Shown here: one piece after another, positions 1-12,305 of the stretch
Position numbering within the stretch: position 1 is the first letter of the stretch
How the letters are laid out: each line of letters opens with the position of its first letter
Assembly (NCBI GenBank): GCA_026026165.1
Contig: JAPEUD010000024.1
Coordinates: 62,001 to 126,000 of the forward strand
Direction: 5' to 3'
Source of the DNA: Sarea resinae
Lineage: Eukaryota
DNA length: 64,000 nt
The notes under the pieces: model-generated
Told to the model about the DNA's origin: nothing
Databases searched by the model: none
What the model saw: only the letters and a program-made list of their open reading frames with translations
Translations under genes and position numbers: made by a program

Positions 1-1310
1 AGCTTGGCCGAAGAAGCCCTTACGACGTAGTGCGCCCATAAGAGCAATCGACTTACCTAATTCCACCCGATGCACGTACTCTGGGCTGTACGGATACTGC
101 GTGTGGAATCTTCTTTGGATCGCGAAGAACGTCTCCTGCTTCGGGCAATAATCGATTCGACGAAGATGCGAGAAACGAGGCACAAGGCACGAGACAAGAT
201 CGATTCTCGCTACTCGTGTGAGCATCCCACGCCGTGTGCCAAGCCAACGCCACGACTCCCAACAACACCCTCTCTTCCGGAGTAATTCTACTCTGTTGGT
301 GGCCGAAGAGCTCTCGTACCTGCTTGCTTGCCATGTCCGCGGACGGGCGTATCCAAGATACACTCGTAGAGTGGAGGGGAGGAGAGTACCGAGAGTCGAG
401 TACCTTAGCTCTCAGATCTCTTCCCGGTCTCTTCCCGGTGTCCACGTTTCTAGGTCGCCTCTCTGGCCCTTCTAGCCCTTCTAGCCCGTCCTGCCCTTGT
501 CCTTTTCCCCCAAAGCGGTAGAGAATGAAGGCGACGTCATGCATAAAGGGCAAGACGGCACAGGGTCCCCTGCCTTGCCGTACTACGGAGTACGGAGTAC
601 GTATTCTAGGGACTGTATTGCTTCAGCTCGTCCTCGTTCTGCCTGATTTGCATTTCCCCCTTCTTGAGTGGGCGGGCCATCCTCTGCTGTGGCTCGCCGG
701 GCACGACGCCTCACCCAGCCTCATCCGCCGCTAATACGGAGTAGATCACGATCTGCCACCGACCCCATTGCTGTCGTCCGTCTCTTCCGACTGTTGACCG
801 AGAGAATCATCGTGGGTGTAACGCCCGACGATATCGATGGCGATGATAATGATAAATAGTCACCTATCTATATATCGCAAAGCTACGGAGTACAAGATAC
901 GACAGATTTGACAGCTGAAACATTCCACTGTCAAGATTATCACTGCAGATCCTCATGAGACCGAAGCCAGGGCTTCGAACAGACTGGCGACTGCATCAAG
1001 CAGCTCCTGTTGTGGTTTAGACCATGTACGAAGTACCCCGTACTCTGTGTACGCTCAGGGACTTCGGGAACTTCCTCACCACACCCTCGTTTGTATCTGG
1101 CTGAAGACGTCGTGTCTGTTCCCTGCCTGACGAAATGGGGTTGCCTGCGTCTTGAGCACAGAGACAGAGAATGACTATCATCGTCAATGAACTTCAGTCA
1201 TGATGAGTGGAAATGCTCTGCTTCCATCAACGCCGGAAATCATGAAGAGGCAACTTCGCTCGCTAACCTACTACAGGTAGCGAAGCGCGATGCCGAACTG
1301 CCGCTGGCCT

Positions 1311-1370
1311 CTTAGAAATCCAAAAAGTTCACTGCCTTAGAAATCAAAAAACAGGACTGTCTTAGAAATC
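1311..1370. repeat. Three CTTAGAAATC copies at exact 25-bp period upstream of the OYE gene
   Basis: Copies at 1311, 1336 and 1361; spacers caaaaagttcactgc and aaaaaacaggactgt are related. Confidence 0.9.
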
Positions 1371-1445
1371 AGCAGATTCGTCAGGGTTTTTTTTGCTCCA
1401 CCTCCTACGGATGGTTGCCATAAGAGCTTTGAATCAGCTTTTTAG

Positions 1446-2735
1446 ATGAACTCCAAAGCATACTCACTGAATCCTAGATTCTTCTGTTCGAAATTATTTC
1501 ATCGGGCAGTCTCCACCATGTCGGCGCCCAAGAATGAGAGAGCACCGGCTGCTCCGTATTTTACCCCTCTAACCTCACCTCCCACCGGCACCGCTCTCTC
1601 TGCGAACCCGCCCACGCTTTTCAAGCCACTTCAGATCCGCTCCACGACTTTTCAGAATCGGATATGGATTGCGCCAATGTGCCAGTATTCAGCTGAAAAT
1701 GGACATCTCACCGACTATCATCTAGTACACGTGGGCGCCTTCGCCTTACGCGGAGCTTCCCTGACCATTCTAGAGGCCACTGCTGTCCGCCCAGAGGGCC
1801 GCATTACACCCGAAGACTCTGGTCTATGGGCTGACAGCCAGATTGCCCCGATGAAGCGCGTCGCTGATTTCGTCCACTCCCAAGGTCATAAATTGGGCGT
1901 GCAGCTGGCGCACGCCGGACGAAAAGCATCAACGGTTGCTCCGTGGCTTGTACGTCGTGGCGAGGCTCAAGTCGCTACGGCTGACGTGAATGGCTGGCCG
2001 GACAATTGCGTGGGCCCCAGTGCGATTCCACACAGCGAGGGTTATCCCAACCCGCGCGAGATGACCAAAGACGACATCAAGGATGTCATCGACGGCTTCC
2101 GCGATGCCGCTGTGAGGGCCGTCAAAGCCGGCATCGACGTGATCGAGATCCATGGCGCCCATGGATATCTCCTGTGCTCGTTCAACAGCCCTCTCAGCAA
2201 CCAGCGAACAGATGAATACGGTGGAACCTTGGAGAACCGGCTTCGTTTGAACATCGAGGTGATCAAGGCCGTCCGTGAGGTCATTCCTCATGACATGCCA
2301 CTGCTGTACCGCATTTCGGCTTCGGAATGGGTTGATGGCAAAAATTCGTGGGATCTACCTCAGACTATTGATTTCGCCAAAATGATGCCTGCTCTCGGAG
2401 TTGACCTGCTCGACGTCAGCTCTGGAGGCAACAGTGTCGACCAGCGAATTCCCATGCATAATTCATACCAGGTCGACATGGCCGGAGAAATTAGGAATGC
2501 CTTAAAGGCGGCGAACCTCTCCATGCTGGTCGGTGCCGTGGGCATGATCACTGAAGCGGAGCAGGCGAGGGATATTTTGGATGGCAAGGATCCGAAGGCG
2601 GATGTCGTTCTTGTTGCCAGACAAGTCCTCCGCGAACCCGAATGGGTTTTGAGGGTTGCATGGAGACTGGGCGTTGAGGTGCAATGGCCGTCGCAATATA
2701 GGTGGGGAAAGTTTCCAAAGGGTTATAAGGTGTAA
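1446..2735 (+). CDS. NADH:flavin oxidoreductase / old yellow enzyme family (YqjM/NamA-like), intronless
   Basis: Motifs NRIWIAPMCQYSA, QLAHAGRKAS, IEIHGAHGYL, NQRTDEYGG..ENRLR, DLLDVSSGG. Two in-frame ATGs (1446 and 1518). Confidence 0.95.
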   Translation: MNSKAYSLNPRFFCSKLFHRAVSTMSAPKNERAPAAPYFTPLTSPPTGTALSANPPTLFKPLQIRSTTFQNRIWIAPMCQYSAENGHLTDYHLVHVGAFALRGASLTILEATAVRPEGRITPEDSGLWADSQIAPMKRVADFVHSQGHKLGVQLAHAGRKASTVAPWLVRRGEAQVATADVNGWPDNCVGPSAIPHSEGYPNPREMTKDDIKDVIDGFRDAAVRAVKAGIDVIEIHGAHGYLLCSFNSPLSNQRTDEYGGTLENRLRLNIEVIKAVREVIPHDMPLLYRISASEWVDGKNSWDLPQTIDFAKMMPALGVDLLDVSSGGNSVDQRIPMHNSYQVDMAGEIRNALKAANLSMLVGAVGMITEAEQARDILDGKDPKADVVLVARQVLREPEWVLRVAWRLGVEVQWPSQYRWGKFPKGYKV

Positions 2736-3329
2736 GGATTGTATGCCTGTTTCAGGGACACAGATCGCGACGCATCACATGAGCATATCATTGACGGCAT
2801 ATAGATAGAGATTATCAAATACAACATACCATTGCAAATTTCATATTCATTCATCACTTTCTCTTCCAAGTCGATGATCAACTTTACTTGCCTTCATTCT
2901 ATCAGTACAAGCAAATGTGACCCGTAGGAGGAGCCGGCCTCAGGAAGGGGTAATCGACGGGAGTTGCATTTATCGTTCGAGTTCTAGTCCATTGTCTCAT
3001 AGCTTACGCGCACTCTGGATATAGACATTGCCTCGGTGTGATGTAGTACTTTCTCCTTTTTCTCCTTTGGGAAGGGCCCTTTGCAGGTGATGCCTTCCTC
3101 TCCCGAAAAACACATTGCGCGTCGCGCGCAGCGAATCATCTTCGCGGCATCTTCCTCGCGACAGACAACATACACACCTGCTTCAAACTTCTTCCATCTT
3201 TGTATCATCACCCACATTCATTATCATTGTTTTGCCCCGGATGGACATCTAGCCCTCAGTCTTCTTTCAACAGTTCAATAACTTGAACTTCAACAACATA
3301 GGGGCTGTTGGCAGCGCATCAGGGCAACT

Positions 3330-6300
3330 ATGTCCGCCATGTTGAGTACAAAGAAGAGGAATGCCCAGTGGACGGCGAACGGGTTGTTCAGGGGAAAAGC
3401 AAACAAGAGACCGGCCGTCCCACAGAGGTCTTACAGCAATCCCGACATATTCGATCACTCGCGCACAGGGTCGTTCATGAATCAACAGGACGACGAGAGT
3501 CCAGACAACGACGAGAGTCCCGAGACTGGTAGCTCCAGGGATAGTGTCACGGCGCGTCTCAAGCGGAGCAGTTCCAAGTTTCTGTCGTTGATTGGCTTCC
3601 GAAAGAGTGCGGGTAGGTCGTCAAACATAGGTCGGTGATTGGATCAAATGCTGACCGTTGCAGAAAACAACGCGGCAAAATCTTCCTTTAATAATGACAA
3701 CGAGCGCGATATTGCCGTCGCCATCTGCCGGGACGTTTCAGGCCCTCCTGGTCTTGAGGCTTCTGATCCGAATTTCATGCAGGGCTTAGAGCCGCCGAGG
3801 TTGCCTCCTCTGTCAATACCCATGTTCAATCCACTTGATCCCGTCCAGTATCCTTCTGAGTACGTCGGCCGACACCCAATGGGAACTACTGGAGAGACAA
3901 AAGGGAATCCGTTGAGGGAGCTTCCGCAGCCTCCTCTGCATCGACCCAAGCACCCAGCCTCGCTGCGTCAGAGCAGGTCATCGCCAGGGCTCACGCATAA
4001 GCTCTCTCATAAGATATCAAATACGTTTGGGCATCCGACGGTAGTGCATCGCACGAAGCAGACTAGACCGAGACTGCAAGACGATACTAATCCGGACCCA
4101 GTTGTGTATGTCCGGCAAGAGCATCAAATTGAGAAAGGGAGCGCCCAAAACACGACTTCTCCATCCAGCTACTCTGCCAGCGGAAATGCCTCACCAGTCA
4201 CAGAAGGCTCGACTGGAAAGACGTCGTTGCTCTCGGAGATCACGGGTCTACGTTCTGGTGATAAAGACAAGATGGACCGGAACATTGCCAGGTCGAAAAG
4301 CATGTCTGTTCTCAACGAGAGAGAAGTTGGCGTGAAAAGAATCCCGCCGATCCAGGAGGAGCCAGTGGCCACACCTTCCATCATCACCGTTGAGACTACT
4401 GCAAACGCCAAAATCTTCTTCGAAACGCACTTCAATGCCATCCTGGGCGGACAGACCACCCCTCGCTCACTCCGTCGACGCGAGCTGGAGTTTCTGCTGA
4501 ACAACGATCAACTCACCCCCGAGCAGCGTTTAGAGCAACGGCGCGAGTGGATTCGAATGGAGACTGAGCATCTCCGCCAAGCGCGCGTCATGAAGACCAG
4601 ATCGAGTAGCAGGACCGACAGTGGCGATGTGACGGTCAATGGATACGAAGTTATCAAAATTTTGGGAAAAGGCAGTTTCGGAGTCGTCCGGCTCGTCAAA
4701 GAAAAGACTCAGCCCGAAGACAATCTGCCTTCGCTGCATAGCTCCTTGAGGAATCTCAGTGGGCGCAGCGGCATCTCTGCTAGATTGATGACTCCGACAA
4801 ACAGCCCACCCAAGGCTCCATCGACTTCCTCGCCGCTCGAGGCCGCGCGACGTGTCTCCCGCAGACGAAATCTCAGCACCATGAAGAAAGAAGTCTACGC
4901 CATGAAGGTGATCCGCAAAGCCGAGATGCTCCGCAGCAGCCAAGAAGGCCACCTCCGAGCTGAACGCGACTTCCTTGTGGCATCGGAGCAATCTCGCTGG
5001 GTGATTCCCCTCGTCGCCAGCTTCCAAGACACGAGCAACTTGTACCTGGTCATGGAATACATGGTCGGCGGCGACTTCCTGGCACTGCTGATCCGCAAGA
5101 CCATCCTCAGCGAAGACGTCACCCGCTGGTACATTGCGGAGATGATCCTCTGCATCGAGGAGGCGCATCGGCTCCGCTGGATCCACCGCGACGTCAAGCC
5201 AGACAACTTCCTCATCTCCGCATCGGGCCATCTGAAGATCTCCGACTTCGGGCTCGCGTTCGACGGCCACTGGGCCCACGACCAGGCCTACTTCAACAAG
5301 CACCGTTACTCGCTGGCGCAGAAGCTCGGCATCGACGTCGAGGGCGACGCGCAGGACCGGCAGGAGGCCAAGGAGAAAACCGTCAAGACAAAACTGGCGA
5401 GCGTGCTCACGGGCGGCGGCAGCGCAGGTCGAAGAGGTCAGCAGAAGAAATCCACTGCGGCTGCTGCTGTCGATGAGCCCGATGAGAACGAGGCCATCCT
5501 GCACTGGCGTAATCGTACGGGAAAGAGGAAGATGGCGGTCAGCATTGTGGGGACTAGTCAGTATATGGCGCCTGAGGTCGTTCGGGGCGAGTTGTATGAT
5601 GGTAGGTGTGATTGGTGGAGCCTTGGTATTATTCTGTATGAGGTGTGTATTCCCTCTCTTGGCTCCGTTTCCGTTCGTACAAATTGAGGTGTGAGTGGGT
5701 GAGTGAGGCTGCTGACTCGGTCCGGATAGTGTCTGTATGGCTATACGCCCTTTTGCTGCGAGACGCGCCAGGATACGAAAGCCAAGATTCTCGTAAGCAG
5801 TCTGCCTTTTTCCATTCTCTCTCTTCCTTTCGTCCTCATCTCTTTTCCTCGGTTTTCCCTCTTCTTCTTGCGCTGTCCCTCACTCTTTTCGCCTTTCACA
5901 TGCTTCTTTCTCTTCAGTAGCAGCGGAAAACTCCCAGGCTAAACGTCCGGCTCCCACCAGGAACACAAAAAGGCCCTGCGATTCCCCAGCACCAAGCACA
6001 TCTCGCCGACTGTGGTCTCGCTGATCACGGCGCTTCTCTCCGAGAAAGAAACACGGCTCTCGTCGCGCAAATACCTAGCCAACGACTTTGCGCACTCGAG
6101 CTTCAACCCGCGGCCGCCGCAAGCGCAGACCCTTGATACTGCCCAGAGCCAAGGCCAAGCTCCGCAATATCCATATCAACAGCCGTACCTGCTACCGCAG
6201 CCAGCCGACAAATCGGCCAAGAACTACGCCGGCCATTACGTGTACCCGGATGACGCCAAGGATCTCAAGGCCCATCCGTGGTTCAAGGGCGTCCGGTGGG

Positions 6301-7853
6301 AGAGCCTGCACATGAGTAAGCCGCCGTTTGTGCCGCGCGTCAAGAGCTGGGAGGATACGAAGTATTTCGAGGGGAGTGGGGAAGTGAGCGATGTCAGTGC
6401 TTCTACATCTTCTTCTCCTTCGTCTTCTGAAGAGGAGTTGGGGCTGGGAAAGGTGGTCATTGATGTTAATAATGAGGATGGTGGGGAGGTGAGAAAGGAG
6501 GGGGATGCCGGGGTGGCAGTCGCTCCGATGGAGACAAAAGCTAACGAGGCCATTGGCCACGGCGACGCGTCCCCCATACTGACCCGCGAAGATGAAGTCG
6601 AGAAATCATTCGGAACCATGTCTCCTCTCTCGTCGCCCGGGATCGCGCGGGCTATTAAGGAGGCCTACAAGACCGACGGCGCGTCATCGAGTGTCTGGAA
6701 CGCCAACGTCGTTTCTACCACGGGCGAAGGAGATCCCTCGACTACGAACACCAAGGGCAACGCCGGTGGTGGCGATGTTGGGAAAGATAATGCCAATGTT
6801 CATGTCAAAGGCAAGGCCAAGGGTAAGTGGAAAGGCGGCAGCAATCGAGCTAAACTCTCCACCTTCCCCGAGTTTCACGCAGCCAGCAGCGCGTCCGCAT
6901 CAGAAGGATCGCCCAAACACGCAGCGGCCCCGGGCTCGGGTCCCAGCTCTCTCCCGACGACGTCTGCATCTCCCGCCAAAGCCAACGCCGTCACCGCTTC
7001 TCCGTCATCAGTCAGCGGCGGCGCTTATTCATCGAAACCGTCGCCGTCAAGCTCGCCCGCCAAGATCGAGCAGCAAGCTACTGCTTTGGCTACTGCTACC
7101 ACTACGACGACGACGCCGGCAAAGAAACACCGGCACCACGTTGAGAAGAAAAGGCCCCGGGATAAGATCCTGCGCGATCCGCACATGGGCCGCACGGCGC
7201 TCGAGCTGAGGAAGCGCGGCGCCTTTCTCGGGTACGGCTATCGCAGGCCGAGGGAGTGGCGGGCGGTCGCTGGACAGTTTGGGCTTGAGCGTGACGAGGA
7301 TGTCGCTGGAGGCGATGTCATCAGAGAGGAGAAGGATGAGTGTGATGTTGTTGTTGGTGGTGGTGGTGATAGCAGCGGTGCCGGTGGTGGTACCAGTGGT
7401 GGTGGTACCAATGGTCGTCAGCAGAGGGGTAGGTATAGCCTGAGAGGTTCTCCTGCCGGCAGGGCCCTCAGAGGAGCTGCTAGAGGCAGGGGTCTACGTG
7501 GTGGTGCTCTACGACGGCAATGGACGAATATTGCGCGCGTCAATGCCAATACCAACGTCAATGCCAATAATACCGGCCAAGACGTCAGTTCGGCTCCAGT
7601 TACCGGAGGACCACCGCCATCGTACGACACGCCTGAAGGAATCGAAAGTGAAGGCGAAGGCGGGCTGGTCGCTGCTGGGCTTGGCCATCGTGTTTTTGAT
7701 CGCGCTGTGACGGGTGAAGGAGAAGGGGTACAGGACCGGCAGCAGGACGACGGGGGAAGGAGTATCGAGACTAGAGATGCCGGTAGAGGTGGCGCTGGAG
7801 GTGGTTGGCGTTCGGGCATGAGCGGTCGCAGAGCCTGGTTGGATGGGCTATGA
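3330..7853 (+). CDS. AGC/NDR-like (Cbk1/COT1-related) Ser/Thr protein kinase; exons 3330-3612, 3664-5642, 5730-5792, 5961-7853
   Basis: LGKGSFGVV, YAMK, HRDVKPDN, KISDFG, SIVGTSQYMAPE, DWWSLG|ECLYGYTPF, PPFVP..DTKYF. Three GT-AG introns keep the frame. Confidence 0.92.
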
Positions 7854-8068
7854 GGGCCTCTTCCTGTCTTCCCGTCTTCTCGTCTTTTTGCCATATGGCT
7901 TCGTCTCGTCTCATCCCATCCCATCTCCCCTAATCACTACTTATCTGGGTCCATGGCGGAGGTGTTTGGTACTTGGCACTTTTCCTCTGGGTTTCTGGAC
8001 ACGGACGGTTACAGGCAGGCTTCTTTCTTTCTTTCTTTTTTTCCTTTCTTTCTGCGCCTGGATCGCTT

Positions 8069-8345
8069 TGTTGGTTGGTCATTTGGTCATTTGGTCAGTT
8101 CGTTTGTTCGTTCGTTCGTTGGCTCGTTGGCTGGTCGGTCAGTTGGTTTGCCATTGTCATTGATAGTATTAGTCTTTTGGTTTGACTTTCTCGGACACTT
8201 ACTCTTGCGTCTGTGTCTGTCTTTTAGCCTGTTAGACAATCAACTCAATTACTCAATTACTCCATCAATTAATCAATCAATCAGTCTCTCTGTTAGTCAA
8301 CCAGTCTGTCTACCAGTCTGTCAGTCTATCAATCAATTAGTCAGC
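8069..8345. repeat. Degenerate tetranucleotide-period simple repeats 3' of the kinase
   Basis: ttgg/gttc/ggtc runs at 8069-8150; caat/cagt/ctgt runs at 8241-8345. Confidence 0.75.
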
Positions 8346-9031
8346 CTGGCCCTCCAGCTGTCCGTGAAATCCCGCTCATTAAGGTAGGTCACCAGGGCCA
8401 CTCGATCGATCTATCCCTCTATCTATCTATCTGAACGAACATGCTCCACGTTCACCCGCCCCTTGTGTGTTTTGTACCCTACGTTGACGCTTAGAGGGTT
8501 CAAAGAAAGTACCTACGAGATTCCGTTCTGTTTTGTTAGTCGACTGATAATAGCTTATGGCCAGATCTTTAGATCTCTGATAAGCACACACACACATACA
8601 CACACATTCTTACTCTAATCAATTGGCCGTCTATTTGTTACGCTTTGATTTGCTTTGCTCCAGTTCATCACGCGCTCTTCTGCTCTACAAGAGCTCTCTA
8701 CAAGAAAAGTGACAGAGAAGTGTTGAAACAAGTAAATAGGCAGCCAGGTATATCAAAGCGAGAGTGCAGCATTAGGAGGAGTGAAAAGAATACCAGACCG
8801 ACGACGAAAACAAAAACAACCAACCCCATCTCCCTTAGCCTCTCTCTACCCTATTCCGTGTATACTCGTCTCTTTCAGTCTTTCTCGGTTTCTATCTCAC
8901 CAAGTGTCTCTTAATCTTACCTCTCCTCTCTACTCACGAGTCGTCGTATAGGAGACTCCGCCTATGGATTTATCAATGAGCAACTAGGCAACTCGAAACG
9001 AACTACTAAGAGCGGCGGTTAGAAACTGGGG

Positions 9032-11024
9032 CTAAAGTACCCTCACTCGAACGAGCTGGCTCCCCACCTGCACCTCGGGGAAAAACATATCGCGGCGAAT
9101 CTCGACATCGGCGCGCGTGGTCTCGTAGAGTTGAAGACACGGGAACCGCGTGAAGAGCGCGTGGATCGTGAGGTAGAGTTCTGCGTGGGCGAGGCTAATA
9201 GTCACCATCGTCAGCAATTCATGAAAGCAAAAAAGATCAGAGTGTTGATTTACTTGATGCCTAGGCATTGACGGGATCCCTTGCTAAATGGCACGAGGTA
9301 GTGTTCGAGTCGGTGGCGTTCTGTAGAATCGAGCCAGCGCTCTGGGAGGAACTCAAGGGGAGCGGGGAAGATGGTGGCGTTTTGATGCATGAGGACTGAT
9401 GTCATGCCTACTGGTGTCTGTTTGTAGGATGTCTTTGTCAGGATGTGCCATGCTATTCTGACATGATTCAAAGTGATGATTCTCTTAGAAATTGACAAGA
9501 GAGGATATGAACGAAGATAGCGAAAGGTAGATAGGAGAGGGGAGAGAGAGCCAAAGGCAAAGAAGAATAGTGCTGAGGAAGAGAAGCAATAGAGAAGGGA
9601 CAAGAAGATTTACCCCTGCTGGGATAGTCCAATCGTCATAATAGATATCGCGGTCTGGAGCAATACGTTGGAGGCGAGTGGAGGAGCCGTATGATAAGCT
9701 ATATCCGGCTGTCGTTAGACTACAGAAGATATCAATTCAAAAACAGCAGCATACCGGAGTCCTTCCAGAATGACTGCTTTCTGCCCTGCTTATCAGATTG
9801 CTGCTTACTTGCAGATCTATTGAAAAGCTTACCAGGTAGGGTAGCTGTTCAAGCTGAGGCAGTAAGGCGCCAATTGATGAAGTCGAGACTACTGAATTGA
9901 ACTCGTCTCTCAACCTCATCAACTTCTCGGGGGCTTCGAGTAGATAGTAGGATATGACCGCGAGAGTACGAGCAACTGTTTCGGTTCCGGCGCCGATCAG
10001 GGATTGTGCTTCTTCTCTGAGATGATCGTCGGTCTTCTCCCCTGGCGAAAGATCGCTATGTATCATGGCCTCGAAGATGGTGTCTCTGTCTTCTCTGGAT
10101 TTGCCAGCAGAGATCCTTTCTCTGGTCTTCCCTACCTGAACCCGGCATTTCTGGATGACATATCAGTATCTCCAACCGACACTCCACTTCCAAGAAACCT
10201 TACATCCTTGAACTCAAGAAAACAGGCTACTTTGGGTGCTAGGATGTTGCAAAGCCCCAAGGGTAGGACTTGCAAGAGTGGAAAAACAAGAGGGACATTC
10301 TTGGCCATATACCCCAAGTGTCCGAATCCCGAGACAACCTCTCGCCAACGAGGATGAAAGTCTGGGCCATCCAGATAATCAAAGCATGCCGACATGGCAA
10401 ATTCGGTGATGATATCCATCGTCAGACAGGTAAACGCCAGCTGCAAAGGAAACACATTTCCTGCTGTCCTTGATTGCTCCATCCGTTCGCACAGTTTGTC
10501 GATTTTAGACTGAATGACCGGCTCAAAGGATGCCACCTTTGCTTTGGCAAAGAAGGGATGGACTGCACTTCGCCGAAGACGATGGAGATCATGACCCGCC
10601 GTACCGAACTCCGTTCGACTGAGGCCAAATTGGTTGCTGTAATGGCTGTACTTTTCCCATCTCCCATGACGGTTGTAGAGCTGGCCATAGAACTCTGGGT
10701 CGTCGATATGAAGCTCGTAAGGGCTGATGCGGACAATGGGACCTGAAGAGCCTTGGGTCAGATCATCCGAACACACCTAAGCTCCTTGCGAGGACACTAC
10801 TCACCATACTTCCTATGCATCTCTCGAATCTTGAAAGTATAAAGGCCTCCGCGAGCGAGGTCGTAATAGCCTTCATACCATTGAGTCAGAGCAGCCATTT
10901 TCGGCCCTGGGAACTTGGCCAAAGGGCTTAGCCAGAGCCGATAGACGGCAAGAAAGATGAGATAACATAGCGATACGGCAGAAGCCAACGCGAAAGTCAA
11001 TTGATGATGCTGCACATAATCCAT
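9032..11024 (-). CDS. Cytochrome P450 (CYP58/CYP682-like clan), 7 exons, appears intact
   Basis: N-terminal TM helix then [24 protein letters not shown]-helix AGTET; EGLR (ExxR); PERW; heme motif [14 protein letters not shown]. All introns GT-AG and frame-consistent. Confidence 0.93.
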
Positions 11025-12305
11025 AATGAGTGCTCGAGGTGGTGGCAGATCAAGCCACGCCATGTGTTCCAAAGGACATAAGTAGGGAAGGAAGATTGAG
11101 AAGCAGAGTAATGTTGGCATCGCGTTGCTTGAGCGGCCAAGGTATCTGGAAGGCAATAGCAATCGCTGCAGAAGAGGAAGGAACTCGGAACAGGAGCAGG
11201 AACAGGAACAAGGGGACTCGTCTTCGACCTTCTCGACGATGAGACATGCTGATTCGTTAGTGTAGAGGGTTGTGATGATGGTGCAGTGTGCGAACTCAAT
11301 ATATACGATGGCCCGAGTCAAGCATTGAGGGATCAGAAGGCACCCATGATCGTAATGACCTTAGTCGTCAAACACAGGACCGAAAGAGCCACTGTACACC
11401 ATTTGATGTAATGTGATTGTGATATGTCTGGGATGAGCCGATGAGTGCGAGTCTTACCTGATCCCGTACAAGAAGCATCAAGGCATCCAGGGCAAGCGGA
11501 CGCGTGCATGGGGAAATGGGAATTCGTACGCCCGCCCGTCTCGCGAACACGGCCAAGCCAGGGCAAGCCCCAAGCCTCAAGCCTCAGATCTCAGACCGGG
11601 CCGAGCGCGGATATCCGATGACTACGGAGCATGTAGATGCCTCGCCGCGGGAGTCAGAGATCCGACAATCGAAAAACTCGATACCCGACGGCAAGAATGC
11701 GAGATGCGAGGTGCGAGATGGGATGCGAGATGGACTCTGAGATGCAGAATCGATCAGTCGATCGATAGACGGAATCGATTCAGAGCTTCGGACGAAGACA
11801 TGGAAAGGTGACATGTCACATTTCATGCCTTTCGTGCATTTCGCACATGGTCGGCGCGGTGTCGAATCTCAATCCATTCTTGGATTTCGTTGGAGTCATC
11901 TAGGATGCTAGACCACCATCCATTGCGCTATCACTACACGGTATCCCATGCCGTATCCCATGCCGAGACCTCCCCGAAACCGCTCGTGCTGGTATCTGAG
12001 GAGAAACGCCCTTTGCAAAGTGTTAAAGTCACATTTTGGTGGTACAAATCTGTACTCCTATCACCATGCATCCCAATCCCTGTCGTAGCCCTGTACGCCC
12101 GCATGCCACGCTGGAATGCCACACGATACTAAAAGAAGAACAAAACGTTGCATATTCCCCATCTCCATCCCGTGTCGTCACTTTCCAATTTAATCCTCCA
12201 AATACCTTATCTTCCACACCTAGGTTCGGCGCACCCGTCGTTCGTTCGTTCGTTCGATCGAATGGGGGAGAGACGGTAGGAGCGAACAACCTGTGGGGTG
12301 GTAGC

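Noticed and set aside
1200..1276. ATGATGA box C-like word and a gctaac..cag intron-like end, suggesting a snoRNA host
   Set aside because: No box D (CTGA) at a suitable distance, no terminal stem and no clear donor.
1311..1370. CRISPR-like repeat-spacer array
   Set aside because: Eukaryotic context, 10-bp repeats, related 15-bp spacers and no cas genes.
4530..5504. 324-aa antisense ORF inside the kinase
   Set aside because: Shadow ORF of GC3-rich coding sequence; no motifs.
9032..11024. P450 as part of a secondary-metabolite cluster
   Set aside because: Neighbours are housekeeping genes; no PKS, NRPS or terpene synthase in the window.
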